Below are positions 7,494 through 17,019 of a stretch of DNA of 64,000 nucleotides, one piece after another (the first letter of the stretch is position 1; every line of letters begins with the position of its first letter). This DNA comes from Escherichia phage vB_Eco4M-7. Below the pieces are notes generated by a model. It ran no database searches. It saw nothing but the letters and a program-made list of their open reading frames with translations, and had not been told where the DNA came from. The stretch is from the sequence record MN176217. One strand, given 5' to 3'. Position numbers and translations under genes: made by a program.

Positions 7494-9833
7494 TTATTTT
7501 GCTGCTTTCAGCGCGGCTATCTCTGCCTCGAGAACCTCGATGCGGTCCATCAATGCAAGAATAGCCTCGTGGTGCAGTGCTGCTGCTACGCCTGGTGTGT
7601 TGACAGATTTTATGTTATCCAACGTCGAACCGTCGCGCAGAGTAACAGGCGATGACTGTGTTTCAGATACTGCTTCAGGAAAGTCTTTCTCTACATCCTG
7701 GGCGATGAAGCCAAAACCGACGGAGCCATTAGTTTCCAGAGTCCATGCCACGCCTCTAATATTGCGCATCTTGACGAGTGGATCAGTGATCCGCTCAATG
7801 TTACTTTTAATACGTTCATCAGATATACTCCGCCACTCCTGACACCTTGCTATTCCATCGGAGCCAAAAAGATAAGAGGCCGCGCCGCCTGTCCCGCTGT
7901 AAACGTTCAATTGAGCGCGGTCCAGCGCGGTCGTGCTACTCCTTATGCCTCCGAGAATCCAGCTTCCGCTGTACCAGTCACCGCTGATTGAGTTTACAAA
8001 ATTTCCTTCTGGAACGTTGGCATAGTTTTGAATCCTTATGGCGTTGTTTTCTGCAGCAGCAACGCCTACTGAATTAACTGGGGATGCAACAAGGTCTTTA
8101 GACCGGATATATGCATCAACAAATATTGTTCCATCAGGGCGCAGAGTTCCAATCTGGGATGTGGAATTTGGCAACACCAATTTGCCATCTTGGTTAAATG
8201 CCCACTCTTGCACCCCATTAGATATCACCGCACCTTGTTCAGATGTTAATCCATCAATCTTGCCGTATGCCTGCAAGAATGCTTGATACGCGATGTTCGT
8301 GCCAATCTTATATTCAGATTTTACACTACCGCCTCTGACAAGCGTTCCGGTTGCAGGTTTTACTGCGTCACCATTAATGACGCTCCAAGTCGTATTCGCG
8401 GCAACAAATCCACCAGATGCACGAATCACCCAAACACCTTCAAAGGCATTAGGTCGAATTTCATTCGCATCATCACGTCCATAAGCGCCATTTGACAGCG
8501 ATGCATCAAAGTTCACGTCTACATAATAACCATCAGAAGTCCCGCGCATACTTCCAGCAGTTTTTACTATTTTTGGCTCAAATGCGCCATATCCTCGCGT
8601 CACGCCAGAGGTGCCGAATGCAGTAAGCATAGACACATTAGGTGAACCAGAAATATTTGGTGCAGCACTCTGCCTGACACGACCGTCGTTTGAAGATACA
8701 CCTCCATCACCACGCCCGAATAAACCTGGGATTGAGCCTGCTTGAACGCCGTTGCGGTCTGGAACTCGAAATGTAGTTGTGCCGTTGCCTAATGAATACT
8801 TGCCGCGTTTCGCTGGGTCCGCTAACCAATCTGCATCAGCAATAGGCGAAAGCATTTGCGCATATGCCCAAAGTTCAGGCCAATCTGCACGATTGAGTAA
8901 TTGGCCGTCAGAAACGACTTCGTAAGGCTGGATGTAAGCACGACTGTCTCGCAAGTGGAAGTCGCCGACGCCATAGTTCATAACACCGTTCATGCTTGGG
9001 CCAACGGTGCCTGTGTTCACTAAGTTCTCAACCCAACGCTTGGTTGCAGCATCATAATCGTTTACCGGATCACCAGCAAGCGGAGTCGGCCCTTGTGGAC
9101 GAATATTCAACCAAGCTTGAGCATTGTCTGCTGATCCTGTGCCGCCCATTGAAGTTGGAACGATGCTTTGATCAGCGACTTGTCCGAATCCAAAAGCAGA
9201 CTTCATCCCCTGTATGGTAGTTTGACCTGTGCCGCCATTTGCGACTGGTATAACGCTTTGCGTGTTATAAACTTGAACCCAATCAGACCAGGATGATATA
9301 TCGACGCTATACAACCTTTGGTATACTGTGTTTATCCAGTAAGGCGTGTATCTCTGCACACAGCTGTTCGTTGAAACTCCCGTTTGTAAAACTTCAAGTA
9401 TTCCAGCTTGTTCTACAGGATAGTTGAGTGCTGTTGACGCCCCAGCATTAGTCGGTTGGTAATATTGACCGAACCAGCTTCCGTTCAGCGCGTTAAGGTT
9501 TATGCCATTAGGAATTACGCCAAAGTTTCGGACAGTACCCGTCAAAGTCGCGGCAGTAGTTCGAATGGAAAGCATATCACCAGCCGCCCAAGCACGCGCT
9601 GCAGTACCTTCCTGTGCACGCTGCACGGTCAGGACGTTTCCAACAACGGCTGTTACTGTGACGATTTCGAATTGGAGGCCTGTTGCGGCGTCAACGATTG
9701 TCGCCACTACACGCTCGTTTGCGCCCAAGGTCGGAAAGCCCGACCCTGAGCGAATTGTGATTGTGGTGTCTGAAGTCGTCGTTGGCTGAGCGAGCGCGAC
9801 CTCAAAGTTGTTTTTGAATATTAGCCTTGGCAT
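7494..9833 (-). CDS. Tail fibre / tailspike protein with C-terminal intramolecular chaperone (peptidase S74-like) domain
   Basis: 779 aa; G/T/S/N-rich beta-type body; C-terminal SDERIKSNIE motif typical of the auto-cleaving chaperone, followed by a coiled-coil tail. Confidence 0.65.
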   Translation of the reverse strand: MPRLIFKNNFEVALAQPTTTSDTTITIRSGSGFPTLGANERVVATIVDAATGLQFEIVTVTAVVGNVLTVQRAQEGTAARAWAAGDMLSIRTTAATLTGTVRNFGVIPNGINLNALNGSWFGQYYQPTNAGASTALNYPVEQAGILEVLQTGVSTNSCVQRYTPYWINTVYQRLYSVDISSWSDWVQVYNTQSVIPVANGGTGQTTIQGMKSAFGFGQVADQSIVPTSMGGTGSADNAQAWLNIRPQGPTPLAGDPVNDYDAATKRWVENLVNTGTVGPSMNGVMNYGVGDFHLRDSRAYIQPYEVVSDGQLLNRADWPELWAYAQMLSPIADADWLADPAKRGKYSLGNGTTTFRVPDRNGVQAGSIPGLFGRGDGGVSSNDGRVRQSAAPNISGSPNVSMLTAFGTSGVTRGYGAFEPKIVKTAGSMRGTSDGYYVDVNFDASLSNGAYGRDDANEIRPNAFEGVWVIRASGGFVAANTTWSVINGDAVKPATGTLVRGGSVKSEYKIGTNIAYQAFLQAYGKIDGLTSEQGAVISNGVQEWAFNQDGKLVLPNSTSQIGTLRPDGTIFVDAYIRSKDLVASPVNSVGVAAAENNAIRIQNYANVPEGNFVNSISGDWYSGSWILGGIRSSTTALDRAQLNVYSGTGGAASYLFGSDGIARCQEWRSISDERIKSNIERITDPLVKMRNIRGVAWTLETNGSVGFGFIAQDVEKDFPEAVSETQSSPVTLRDGSTLDNIKSVNTPGVAAALHHEAILALMDRIEVLEAEIAALKAAK

Positions 9834-9871
9834 TTTACGGTCCTCGTTTTGTCGACAACCGTATTATAACC

Positions 9872-10213
9872 TTAATTTCTTTTGAGAGGAATATGACGGT
9901 TGCTGTCATTATTTGGTTTAATAATGAGCATAAAAACGATTAGAAAGATGATGGCTGATATACTTAATTCAATCAGCGCGGCTTGAGATATGGATTGATC
10001 TTCATGATACTGCTTTTGCATTTCCGCTTTCTTTTGAGCGCAAACTTCAGGTGATATATAATCGCCTTTTGAGTTGCCATAATAAATCTCGCCATTCTCA
10101 GAAATAAGCCTGCCGCAAATATCCGTTTCAGCCTTTGCACTTGACATCATAATAACGGTGCCAATGATAGCAGCGATTGTCCAGATTAGCAGTTGTGATA
10201 AAGTGTTGTTCAT
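9872..10213 (-). CDS. membrane protein (N-terminal signal/TM segment and C-terminal TM helix)
   Basis: Hydrophobic N-terminal segment ending SSAKA and C-terminal hydrophobic stretch. Confidence 0.4.
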   Translation of the reverse strand: MNNTLSQLLIWTIAAIIGTVIMMSSAKAETDICGRLISENGEIYYGNSKGDYISPEVCAQKKAEMQKQYHEDQSISQAALIELSISAIIFLIVFMLIIKPNNDSNRHIPLKRN

Positions 10214-10408
10214 GATAACCTCTTTAATTCCCTTCCCGATGTGGGAAGGGTGAATATTATTTTACGCGAAAGAATAGGCGCGTGCCACACAGCGAGTCCC
10301 AACGGCCCTCACCATCCCATATCGACCCAACACCAGCAGCGATTGGTCCAGCAGAATTGGCGGCATTGGCCCAGGCGAGTCGTTTAAGCTTCCAACTGCA
10401 CCAACGAT

Positions 10409-10660
10409 TCACAGTTCGCCTCCAGACTTCAAAATTAATCCCGCATAGATTATTGCCAGAGCTAAAGGCTCACCGTCGCCAGCCTCTCTATTCTCTTTGA
10501 TTTGAAGAGTATCCTTAAGGAATTGCAACTGAACGTTAAATTCATTTTCAATCCCAAGCGTCACAGCCAATTCTTTTACAGAATCTGCATATGCCTTGTC
10601 TAGCACTTCTTTTGGTACTTTTAAAGTTAATTCACTTGCCATTTTCTTTCCACTCCACAA
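10409..10660 (-). CDS. hypothetical protein
   Basis: ORF 83 aa. Confidence 0.3.
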   Translation of the reverse strand: MWSGKKMASELTLKVPKEVLDKAYADSVKELAVTLGIENEFNVQLQFLKDTLQIKENREAGDGEPLALAIIYAGLILKSGGEL

Positions 10661-10853
10661 ATGTGCTGCCGCTTGTTTCTCTGTTTAGCAGGTATCTGCC
10701 GCGCATCCCATGAAGGCTGAACTCAACCGTCGATGGATTAGATTTTGAAAGCCATATAGGTTGCCCGTCGAATGGACCGCCTACGCATGTATATTTCGCT
10801 TTTGGCTCACTCCTTTTGGGCCGTTTTGCCCGCTCTTTGATTGATAGTCTCAT
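10632..10853 (-). CDS. hypothetical small basic protein
   Basis: ORF 73 aa. Confidence 0.3.
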   Translation of the reverse strand: MRLSIKERAKRPKRSEPKAKYTCVGGPFDGQPIWLSKSNPSTVEFSLHGMRGRYLLNRETSGSTFVEWKENGK

Positions 10854-11068
10854 CAGTCTTCACCTTGAGATTCCAGACAAGTAAGGACAAGCCACGTCAT
10901 CGGAAGAATCAAAACCAGAGAAATGAGGGACCAGATAGACCAGCACAAGATGACAGACTTGAATGTGTGAACGTCGCCAAACACAGCAGTAAAACAGAAT
11001 CCCATTACAAACGCAATAGCTGTGGAATGGTTGTCTATGGCTTTGATGGCACGGTCGATGAGTTTCAT
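10853..11068 (-). CDS. small membrane protein with two predicted TM helices (holin-like topology)
   Basis: 71 aa, two hydrophobic stretches, charged C-terminus ESQGED; not adjacent to endolysin. Confidence 0.3.
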   Translation of the reverse strand: MKLIDRAIKAIDNHSTAIAFVMGFCFTAVFGDVHTFKSVILCWSIWSLISLVLILPMTWLVLTCLESQGED

Positions 11069-11156
11069 ATTACCTCCGGTTTTGAGTTAATATGATTATA
11101 ACGCAGACTTTCAGAAAGGCAAACTTTTTGTGAATTATGCCGTCCATGGCATTGTA

Positions 11157-11387
11157 TCAGTGTGAAGACACAATTAGTGTGCCACTTCCCTTTGCGAAAA
11201 TTTCAACTCCTGGCGGGATTTCGATTGTGCCGTTAACAGCAATGCCGATCAGCTTGTCATCGGCCTTTTCCTCAAAACAAATTTCAGCAGCGCCGCCGCG
11301 AACTTGAATGAGTGCGCCGGATACGTTTTCGGCAACGGAAATAACGGAAGTATAAGAGGGAGTGAGTTGAATGTTGACTAGGGCCAT
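11157..11387 (-). CDS. hypothetical protein
   Basis: ORF 76 aa. Confidence 0.35.
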   Translation of the reverse strand: MALVNIQLTPSYTSVISVAENVSGALIQVRGGAAEICFEEKADDKLIGIAVNGTIEIPPGVEIFAKGSGTLIVSSH

Positions 11388-11474
11388 GGTTTACTCCTGA
11401 TAAAAAAATGGCCAGAAAGAATCTGGCCGAAAGATCACCCTTTATCCACTACTAAGCTGGAATCATAATTTTAC

Positions 11475-11504
11475 TTGATATAGCTTGTACAAGCAAACTA
11501 TAAT
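11475..11504 (+). promoter_or_regulatory. sigma70-like promoter (-35 TTGATA, 18-bp spacer, -10 TATAAT) abutting the terminase ORF
   Basis: Hexamers read from sequence. Confidence 0.45.
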
Positions 11505-12965
11505 ATGAATAAAATATTAACACATAATTGGAAATTCATGTACCAGTTGAATCCTGCTTTAAAAGAAGTCTGGAAGACAAAAGCGCGATACAAAGTAATA
11601 TACGGCGGTCGTGCATCTTCCAAATCGCACGATGCCGCTGGTTTTGCTATTTATTTGGCGGCAAACTTCAAATTAAAATTCCTTTGCGTTCGACAATTCC
11701 AGAACAAGATTTCTGAATCTGTATATACTCTATTAAAAGACAAAATAGAGATTTCTGATTTCAAAGATGAGTTCAATTTATTAAAGAACTCTATTGAACA
11801 TAAAAGAACTAAATCTGAATTTCTATTTTACGGTATCGCACGTAACGTTGATGAAATTAAATCAACAGAAGGTGTTGACGTCCTTTGGTTGGAAGAAGCG
11901 CACGCGCTTACTGAAGAACAGTGGGACATTATTGAGCCGACAATCCGTAAAGAAGGGTCCGAAATATGGATCATCTTTAACCCTGATGAAGAGGCCGATT
12001 TCGTCTACCAAAACTTTGTTATGCGACCGCCGAAGAATGCCATTGTTAAAAAGATAAACTGGCAAGATAATCCATTCTTGTCGCAAACAATGCTGGACGT
12101 TATCGCAGGTATGTACGAGCGTGACCCGAAAAAGGCAGAGCACGTTTATGGCGGTGTGCCGAAGACTGGCGGCGACAAATCTGTAATCAACCGCGCATTC
12201 GTTAAGGCCGCGCTAAATCTCCACAAACACCCTATGCTGGGGTGGAGTTTGTCAGGGTCTAACCGTATAGGCTTTGACGTAGCGGACGATGGCGACGACC
12301 TTAACGCCACTGCATTCGTCACAGGAAACGTATTGCGCGGCATCAAGACGTGGGAAGGTCTGGAAGATGAATTGTTGAAATCGGCAAGCGGAGTTTGGAA
12401 AGATGCGCTTACATTTGGCGCTTCTATAACTTATGACGCCATCGGTGTCGGCGCTTTTGCTGGTTCAAAATTTGATGAACTGAACGAGTATGCAATACAT
12501 GAAAATCCATCATTTCCAAGAATCGAATTTAATGCGTTCAATGCGCAAGGGTCTGTTGATGATCCTGATGACGTTTTTCTTGAATTACCACACGTTGAAA
12601 TACTCAATAAAGACCATTTCGCAAACATAAAAGCGCAAAAGTGGACTGAAATTGCAGAGAGATTCAGAAAGACATACGAATATGCAACTGGGCAAGCCGT
12701 ATATCCGACTGATGAATTGATTTCAATCGACACCGATGGTATACCGGAACTTGGGATTCCAGCTTGGACCACTGAAGAGATTGAGACGTTTCTTTTTGAG
12801 ATGTCAGCGCCGCGCAAAGATACGTCTGTTCTTGGCAAGTTCAAAGTTGAATCCAAAAAGGATATGGCAAAGCGTGGAGTTAAATCACCTAACAAAGCGG
12901 ACGCAGCAATCATGGCATTGATGAAACCAATCGTTGCAGCATCCGGCTTCTTCTCTAACCTTTAA
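11505..12965 (+). CDS. terL: Terminase large subunit
   Basis: N-terminal Walker A YGGRASSKSH, ATPase then nuclease-type acidic motifs; first gene of morphogenesis module; true start may be ATG 11538. Confidence 0.85.
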   Translation: MNKILTHNWKFMYQLNPALKEVWKTKARYKVIYGGRASSKSHDAAGFAIYLAANFKLKFLCVRQFQNKISESVYTLLKDKIEISDFKDEFNLLKNSIEHKRTKSEFLFYGIARNVDEIKSTEGVDVLWLEEAHALTEEQWDIIEPTIRKEGSEIWIIFNPDEEADFVYQNFVMRPPKNAIVKKINWQDNPFLSQTMLDVIAGMYERDPKKAEHVYGGVPKTGGDKSVINRAFVKAALNLHKHPMLGWSLSGSNRIGFDVADDGDDLNATAFVTGNVLRGIKTWEGLEDELLKSASGVWKDALTFGASITYDAIGVGAFAGSKFDELNEYAIHENPSFPRIEFNAFNAQGSVDDPDDVFLELPHVEILNKDHFANIKAQKWTEIAERFRKTYEYATGQAVYPTDELISIDTDGIPELGIPAWTTEEIETFLFEMSAPRKDTSVLGKFKVESKKDMAKRGVKSPNKADAAIMALMKPIVAASGFFSNL

Positions 12966-12968
12966 CAA

Positions 12969-13208
12969 TCAAAGCATTCCGTGCTGAAGGTCGAGTTTTC
13001 TTGCAGCAAATGACCTGGCACGGAATCGCTTACCAGCTCTTACTGCTTGCCGAATCTTCTTTTGCATACACTTACGGTCAAAATCGTTGCGGTCAACGGC
13101 TTCGAGTAAATCCCGACGCAAAGCACCTAGTGTCGACTTTTCGGATACTTCTATGCCCAGCGCGGCTGCAACATCTTTCAAAACATCGAGTTCGGTTAAC
13201 GTTCTCAT
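12969..13208 (-). CDS. hypothetical small basic protein
   Basis: ORF 79 aa on opposite strand between terminase and portal. Confidence 0.35.
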   Translation of the reverse strand: MRTLTELDVLKDVAAALGIEVSEKSTLGALRRDLLEAVDRNDFDRKCMQKKIRQAVRAGKRFRARSFAARKLDLQHGML

Positions 13209-13621
13209 TTGATAATCCCCTTGATGTCTGATTCTGCCATAAAGATTGGAGTGCCGCTGCCAGGAACAATAGAGCGCGTTACTTTGTCGAACATATCGTT
13301 CTCTTCAACTTGAATACGATAAAATTTATTTTTGGATGAAGATGGGCACAATCCAATAAATTTACCAATGCCGCGAACGCATTCATCTTCAAAGTATACT
13401 GTTTCACCTTGAATGGATTCGATGTTTTCAACCGGATACACCTTGCGACCTAAAAGCCATTCATCCATGGTCGCCTGCAACACGTTTCGCGCATCCAAAA
13501 TCCAAGGGTCAACTGTGGCACCTTCATATCGCGCAGCAGTGGCTTTTGCCAGCTCTTCATATTCGCACACATTTACTACTTCGCCTTGATGAAGGACGAC
13601 AAATACAATTGTTGTGCTCAT
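13205..13621 (-). CDS. hypothetical protein
   Basis: ORF 138 aa, overlaps downstream ORF start. Confidence 0.4.
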   Translation of the reverse strand: MSTTIVFVVLHQGEVVNVCEYEELAKATAARYEGATVDPWILDARNVLQATMDEWLLGRKVYPVENIESIQGETVYFEDECVRGIGKFIGLCPSSSKNKFYRIQVEENDMFDKVTRSIVPGSGTPIFMAESDIKGIIK

Positions 13622-13716
13622 TTCAATCTCCTTTCGTTTGGTTAACTAAAATATAACTCAAAATGATACAAAAGCAAAATATTTTATGAACTATTTATGA
13701 TTACTATACATATCAT

Positions 13717-13745
13717 TTGCTTACAAACACATGAATATTTATAAT
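13717..13745 (+). promoter_or_regulatory. sigma70-like promoter (-35 TTGCTT, 17-bp spacer, -10 TATAAT) upstream of portal gene
   Basis: Hexamers read from sequence in AT-rich gap. Confidence 0.5.
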
Positions 13746-13783
13746 ATAGATTGATTCCCTTTCACTGTCAGGTGGCGTTAACA

Positions 13784-16159
13784 ATGAAAATTCTTGGCAT
13801 AAAACTCTGGGAGAAGACGCAACCAGAAGCCGAACCAGCGGAGATGCCGCCAGGCGACCCATTGGCACCGTTTGAACGCCTTGAAAGGCGCGGCAGCGGT
13901 CAACGCTGGGAAAAGACTGAAAGCAATCGACCGACCTTTAAAACGGTTGATGACTTCCCTTTATATGAGCCTGATATCAACGGGGACGGTGTTGCAATCA
14001 TCAAAGGTCGCTCAGTAGATTCAGCAACCGTATCCAAAAAAGTTATGGATAATGCCTTAAAGAACATCAGTTCAGAAGGGCAGGTGAATCCATACACAGT
14101 GCCTATTCAGCTGCAAAACTGGTACTTATCGCAATCATTTATCGGATATCAAGCTTGCGCCATCATCGCGCAGCACTGGCTGGTGAACAAGGCTTGTTCC
14201 ATGGTAGGTCGCGATGCGGTCCGTAAAGGCTGGGAAGTAAAATCCAGCTCTGAGTCGGAATTGTCAGTACAGGCCAGCGAACGCCTAAAGCAAATTGATA
14301 AAGAATTTAATATCAAAGAGCACTTAGTTGAAGCCGAACGATTCAAGAATATTTTTGGCATTCGCGTCATCATATTTGACGTGCGCAGCGATGACCCAGA
14401 ATATTATAGCAAACCTTTTAACATCGATGGTGTGACAAAAGGGTCTTATAAGGGAATCATTCAGGTTGACCCTTATTGGATGATGCCATTCTTGACGTCT
14501 GAAAACACTGCGGACCCTGCATCACAGCATTTCTATGATCCAGAATATTGGGTGATCAGCGGACAACGTTATCACCGCAGCCACCTCATCATCTTGCGCA
14601 ACGATGAGCCAGCTGATATTCTCAAGCCGACTTATATCTATGGCGGCATTCCTCTGACTCAGCAGATTTATGAACGTATCTATGCCGCTGAACGTACCGC
14701 TAACGAAGCGCCATTGCTGGCGATGTCTAAGCGTACAACCACGCTGCGGACCGACGTTGACAAGGCGATTGCCAATGAGCGGTCGTTTGCCGAACGTTTG
14801 ATGATGTGGATTAAGTACCGCGACAACTATGCGGTAAAAGTGCTTGGTCAGAAAGAAGAGATGGACCAGTTTGACATCAACTTGTCAGACTTCGACAGCA
14901 TCATCATGAACCAGTACCAGCTGGTGGCCGCAATCGCAAAAGTTCCGTCGACAAAACTGTTAGGGACGTCACCTAAAGGCTTTAACGCCACTGGTGAGTT
15001 CGAAATGGTCAGCTATCACGAAGAATTGGAGACTTGTCAGCAGCACGATTTGACGAAGATTCTTGACCGTCACTATAAAATCCTTTTGAAATCTGAAGGT
15101 GTTGAAGTCGACGTTAAAGTGGCATGGGAGCCAGTTGGTTCACTTACTGCTACTCAGCTTGCAGAGATTAACGACAAACGAGCGAATACTGGTAAGACTC
15201 TCATTGATGCTGGCGTCATCTCCCCTGATGAAGAGCGCGACCGCATCAAGGACGACAAAAACAGCGGCTACAACCGTTTGCCAGAAGATACAGCAGAAGA
15301 AACCCCAGGGATGTCTCCAGAGAATATGGCATTGCTTGGCAAGTCTGCTGGTGAAGTTCTGCAAGGCAAAGCCGATATTGAACAGGCCAAAGCTGATGTC
15401 GTCAAGATGAGCGGCCAGTTCTATAGTAAGACTGGTATCATGCCGGAAGGTGCCGCGCGCGGTGAGTTGGCAGAAAACCCTGACAGGGCACCAGTTGAGA
15501 TTAACATGGATGATACCGATGACGAATCAAGCCATCAGGTTGATGTCCTAACGCAACTGAAAGAAGGTCTGGAGGGTATTGCTGACTATTACCTTAAAGA
15601 AGGTCAGGATGTGGATTTTGACCCTCAAAAAGACGCAAGGTCTGTGCAGCCGTCTACCCTTCCAAGCGTAAAAGGAAATGTGGTGAATTTACGCCACAAC
15701 GTAGGGAAGATGGATGCCGCATCGCTGCCTAAGATGAAGTTGCATGGAATGATTCTTGGAATCGAGAATCCTCGCAACAGCATTCGCAGGGGTAACAGCC
15801 TTGATGGTGAATGGGCAGTTAAGATGCCGCACCATTACGGATTCATCAAAGGAACCAAGGGCGCTGATGGTGATGAAGTCGACTGCTTTGTTGGACCAAA
15901 TATGAAGTCGCCTAAAGTATTCATCATTAACCAAAATGATAATTATTCTGGCGAATTTGATGAACACAAGTGTATGCTTGGATTCGATTCAGCAGAAGAA
16001 GCGAAAGAAGCATATCAGGCATCATTTGGTAACGGTTGGAATGGATTCGACTCAATCCACGAATTGGATGTAGACTCATTCAAGGAGTGGTTGAAGGGTG
16101 ATTGCTCTCAAGCATATGGAGCACTCAATAATCCTACTAATTCACCGAAGCAAGGTTGA
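13784..16159 (+). CDS. Portal protein with about 130-aa C-terminal extension carrying an inorganic pyrophosphatase-like signature
   Basis: Large ORF directly after terminase region; ATG 13784 with GGTGG RBS; C-terminal DGDEVDC motif (15864-15884). Confidence 0.6.
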   Translation: MKILGIKLWEKTQPEAEPAEMPPGDPLAPFERLERRGSGQRWEKTESNRPTFKTVDDFPLYEPDINGDGVAIIKGRSVDSATVSKKVMDNALKNISSEGQVNPYTVPIQLQNWYLSQSFIGYQACAIIAQHWLVNKACSMVGRDAVRKGWEVKSSSESELSVQASERLKQIDKEFNIKEHLVEAERFKNIFGIRVIIFDVRSDDPEYYSKPFNIDGVTKGSYKGIIQVDPYWMMPFLTSENTADPASQHFYDPEYWVISGQRYHRSHLIILRNDEPADILKPTYIYGGIPLTQQIYERIYAAERTANEAPLLAMSKRTTTLRTDVDKAIANERSFAERLMMWIKYRDNYAVKVLGQKEEMDQFDINLSDFDSIIMNQYQLVAAIAKVPSTKLLGTSPKGFNATGEFEMVSYHEELETCQQHDLTKILDRHYKILLKSEGVEVDVKVAWEPVGSLTATQLAEINDKRANTGKTLIDAGVISPDEERDRIKDDKNSGYNRLPEDTAEETPGMSPENMALLGKSAGEVLQGKADIEQAKADVVKMSGQFYSKTGIMPEGAARGELAENPDRAPVEINMDDTDDESSHQVDVLTQLKEGLEGIADYYLKEGQDVDFDPQKDARSVQPSTLPSVKGNVVNLRHNVGKMDAASLPKMKLHGMILGIENPRNSIRRGNSLDGEWAVKMPHHYGFIKGTKGADGDEVDCFVGPNMKSPKVFIINQNDNYSGEFDEHKCMLGFDSAEEAKEAYQASFGNGWNGFDSIHELDVDSFKEWLKGDCSQAYGALNNPTNSPKQG

Positions 16160-16160
16160 T

Positions 16161-17012
16161 ATGGCTTTTAAAGCTTCGAAAAAACGTGAACGCCGCTCAC
16201 CCGATAGAATCGGGCGCGGCAGTCCGATAATCCCATCCAACGCTATTGCGATGGCCTATCGTCGTGAGATGAAAGGTCTTTGCTATACGATGATTGACGA
16301 CTATCAAGCAGGAATTGCTGAGTGGCTTGAAAAGAAGCAGGTGAAAAAGTTCTTTGCGCAAGACTCTGCTGATTCAACTTTTCAAACCTTGATGAAGCGA
16401 CTGCAACTGAAATGGGCAAAAGCCTTCGCCCGTGTCGGGTCAAAGATTGCCGCAGATTTCATCAAGTCAGTTGAAAAGGGCGCCACTTCTGCTACATTTG
16501 CAAGTCTTAAATCTGCAGGAATAGAAGCGCCAAAAGCCACATATAATAAATTCGTTGAGAACACTCTTAAAACAAGCGAGACGTTCAACACGACTTTAGT
16601 GACTAAGGTTGGCGAAGATATTCACAACAGGGTGTACGAAGCGGTGATGCTTTCGCTGACTTCGCCAGACCCAGCACAACAAGGCACGTCAGGCATTCAG
16701 GCGGCATTAAGAAATGTAAAACACTTCTCTGCAAAACGCGTAGACCTTATCGCTAAAGACCAAACAAGCAAACTTTATTGCGTATTAAGTGATGAAAGGA
16801 TGCGACAGAATGGCGTTGAGGAATTTGAGTGGGCGCATTCAGGAGCAGGCAAAGAGCCGCGAATATCACATGAGCACGTCGACGGCATGAGATTCAAGCT
16901 TGATGACAAACGCTTATGGGAAGTAGGTGGAGAACTTAAGTTCAAAAAGGGTGACATCGGTCCTCCTGGATGGGCGATACACTGCAAGTGCAGAAAAATA
17001 CCAATTATCTGA
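16161..17012 (+). CDS. Head morphogenesis protein (MuF / SPP1 gp7-like minor head protein)
   Basis: Position after portal; C-terminal HEHVDG...W pattern typical of the family. Confidence 0.55.
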   Translation: MAFKASKKRERRSPDRIGRGSPIIPSNAIAMAYRREMKGLCYTMIDDYQAGIAEWLEKKQVKKFFAQDSADSTFQTLMKRLQLKWAKAFARVGSKIAADFIKSVEKGATSATFASLKSAGIEAPKATYNKFVENTLKTSETFNTTLVTKVGEDIHNRVYEAVMLSLTSPDPAQQGTSGIQAALRNVKHFSAKRVDLIAKDQTSKLYCVLSDERMRQNGVEEFEWAHSGAGKEPRISHEHVDGMRFKLDDKRLWEVGGELKFKKGDIGPPGWAIHCKCRKIPII

Positions 17013-17019
17013 GGTCATT

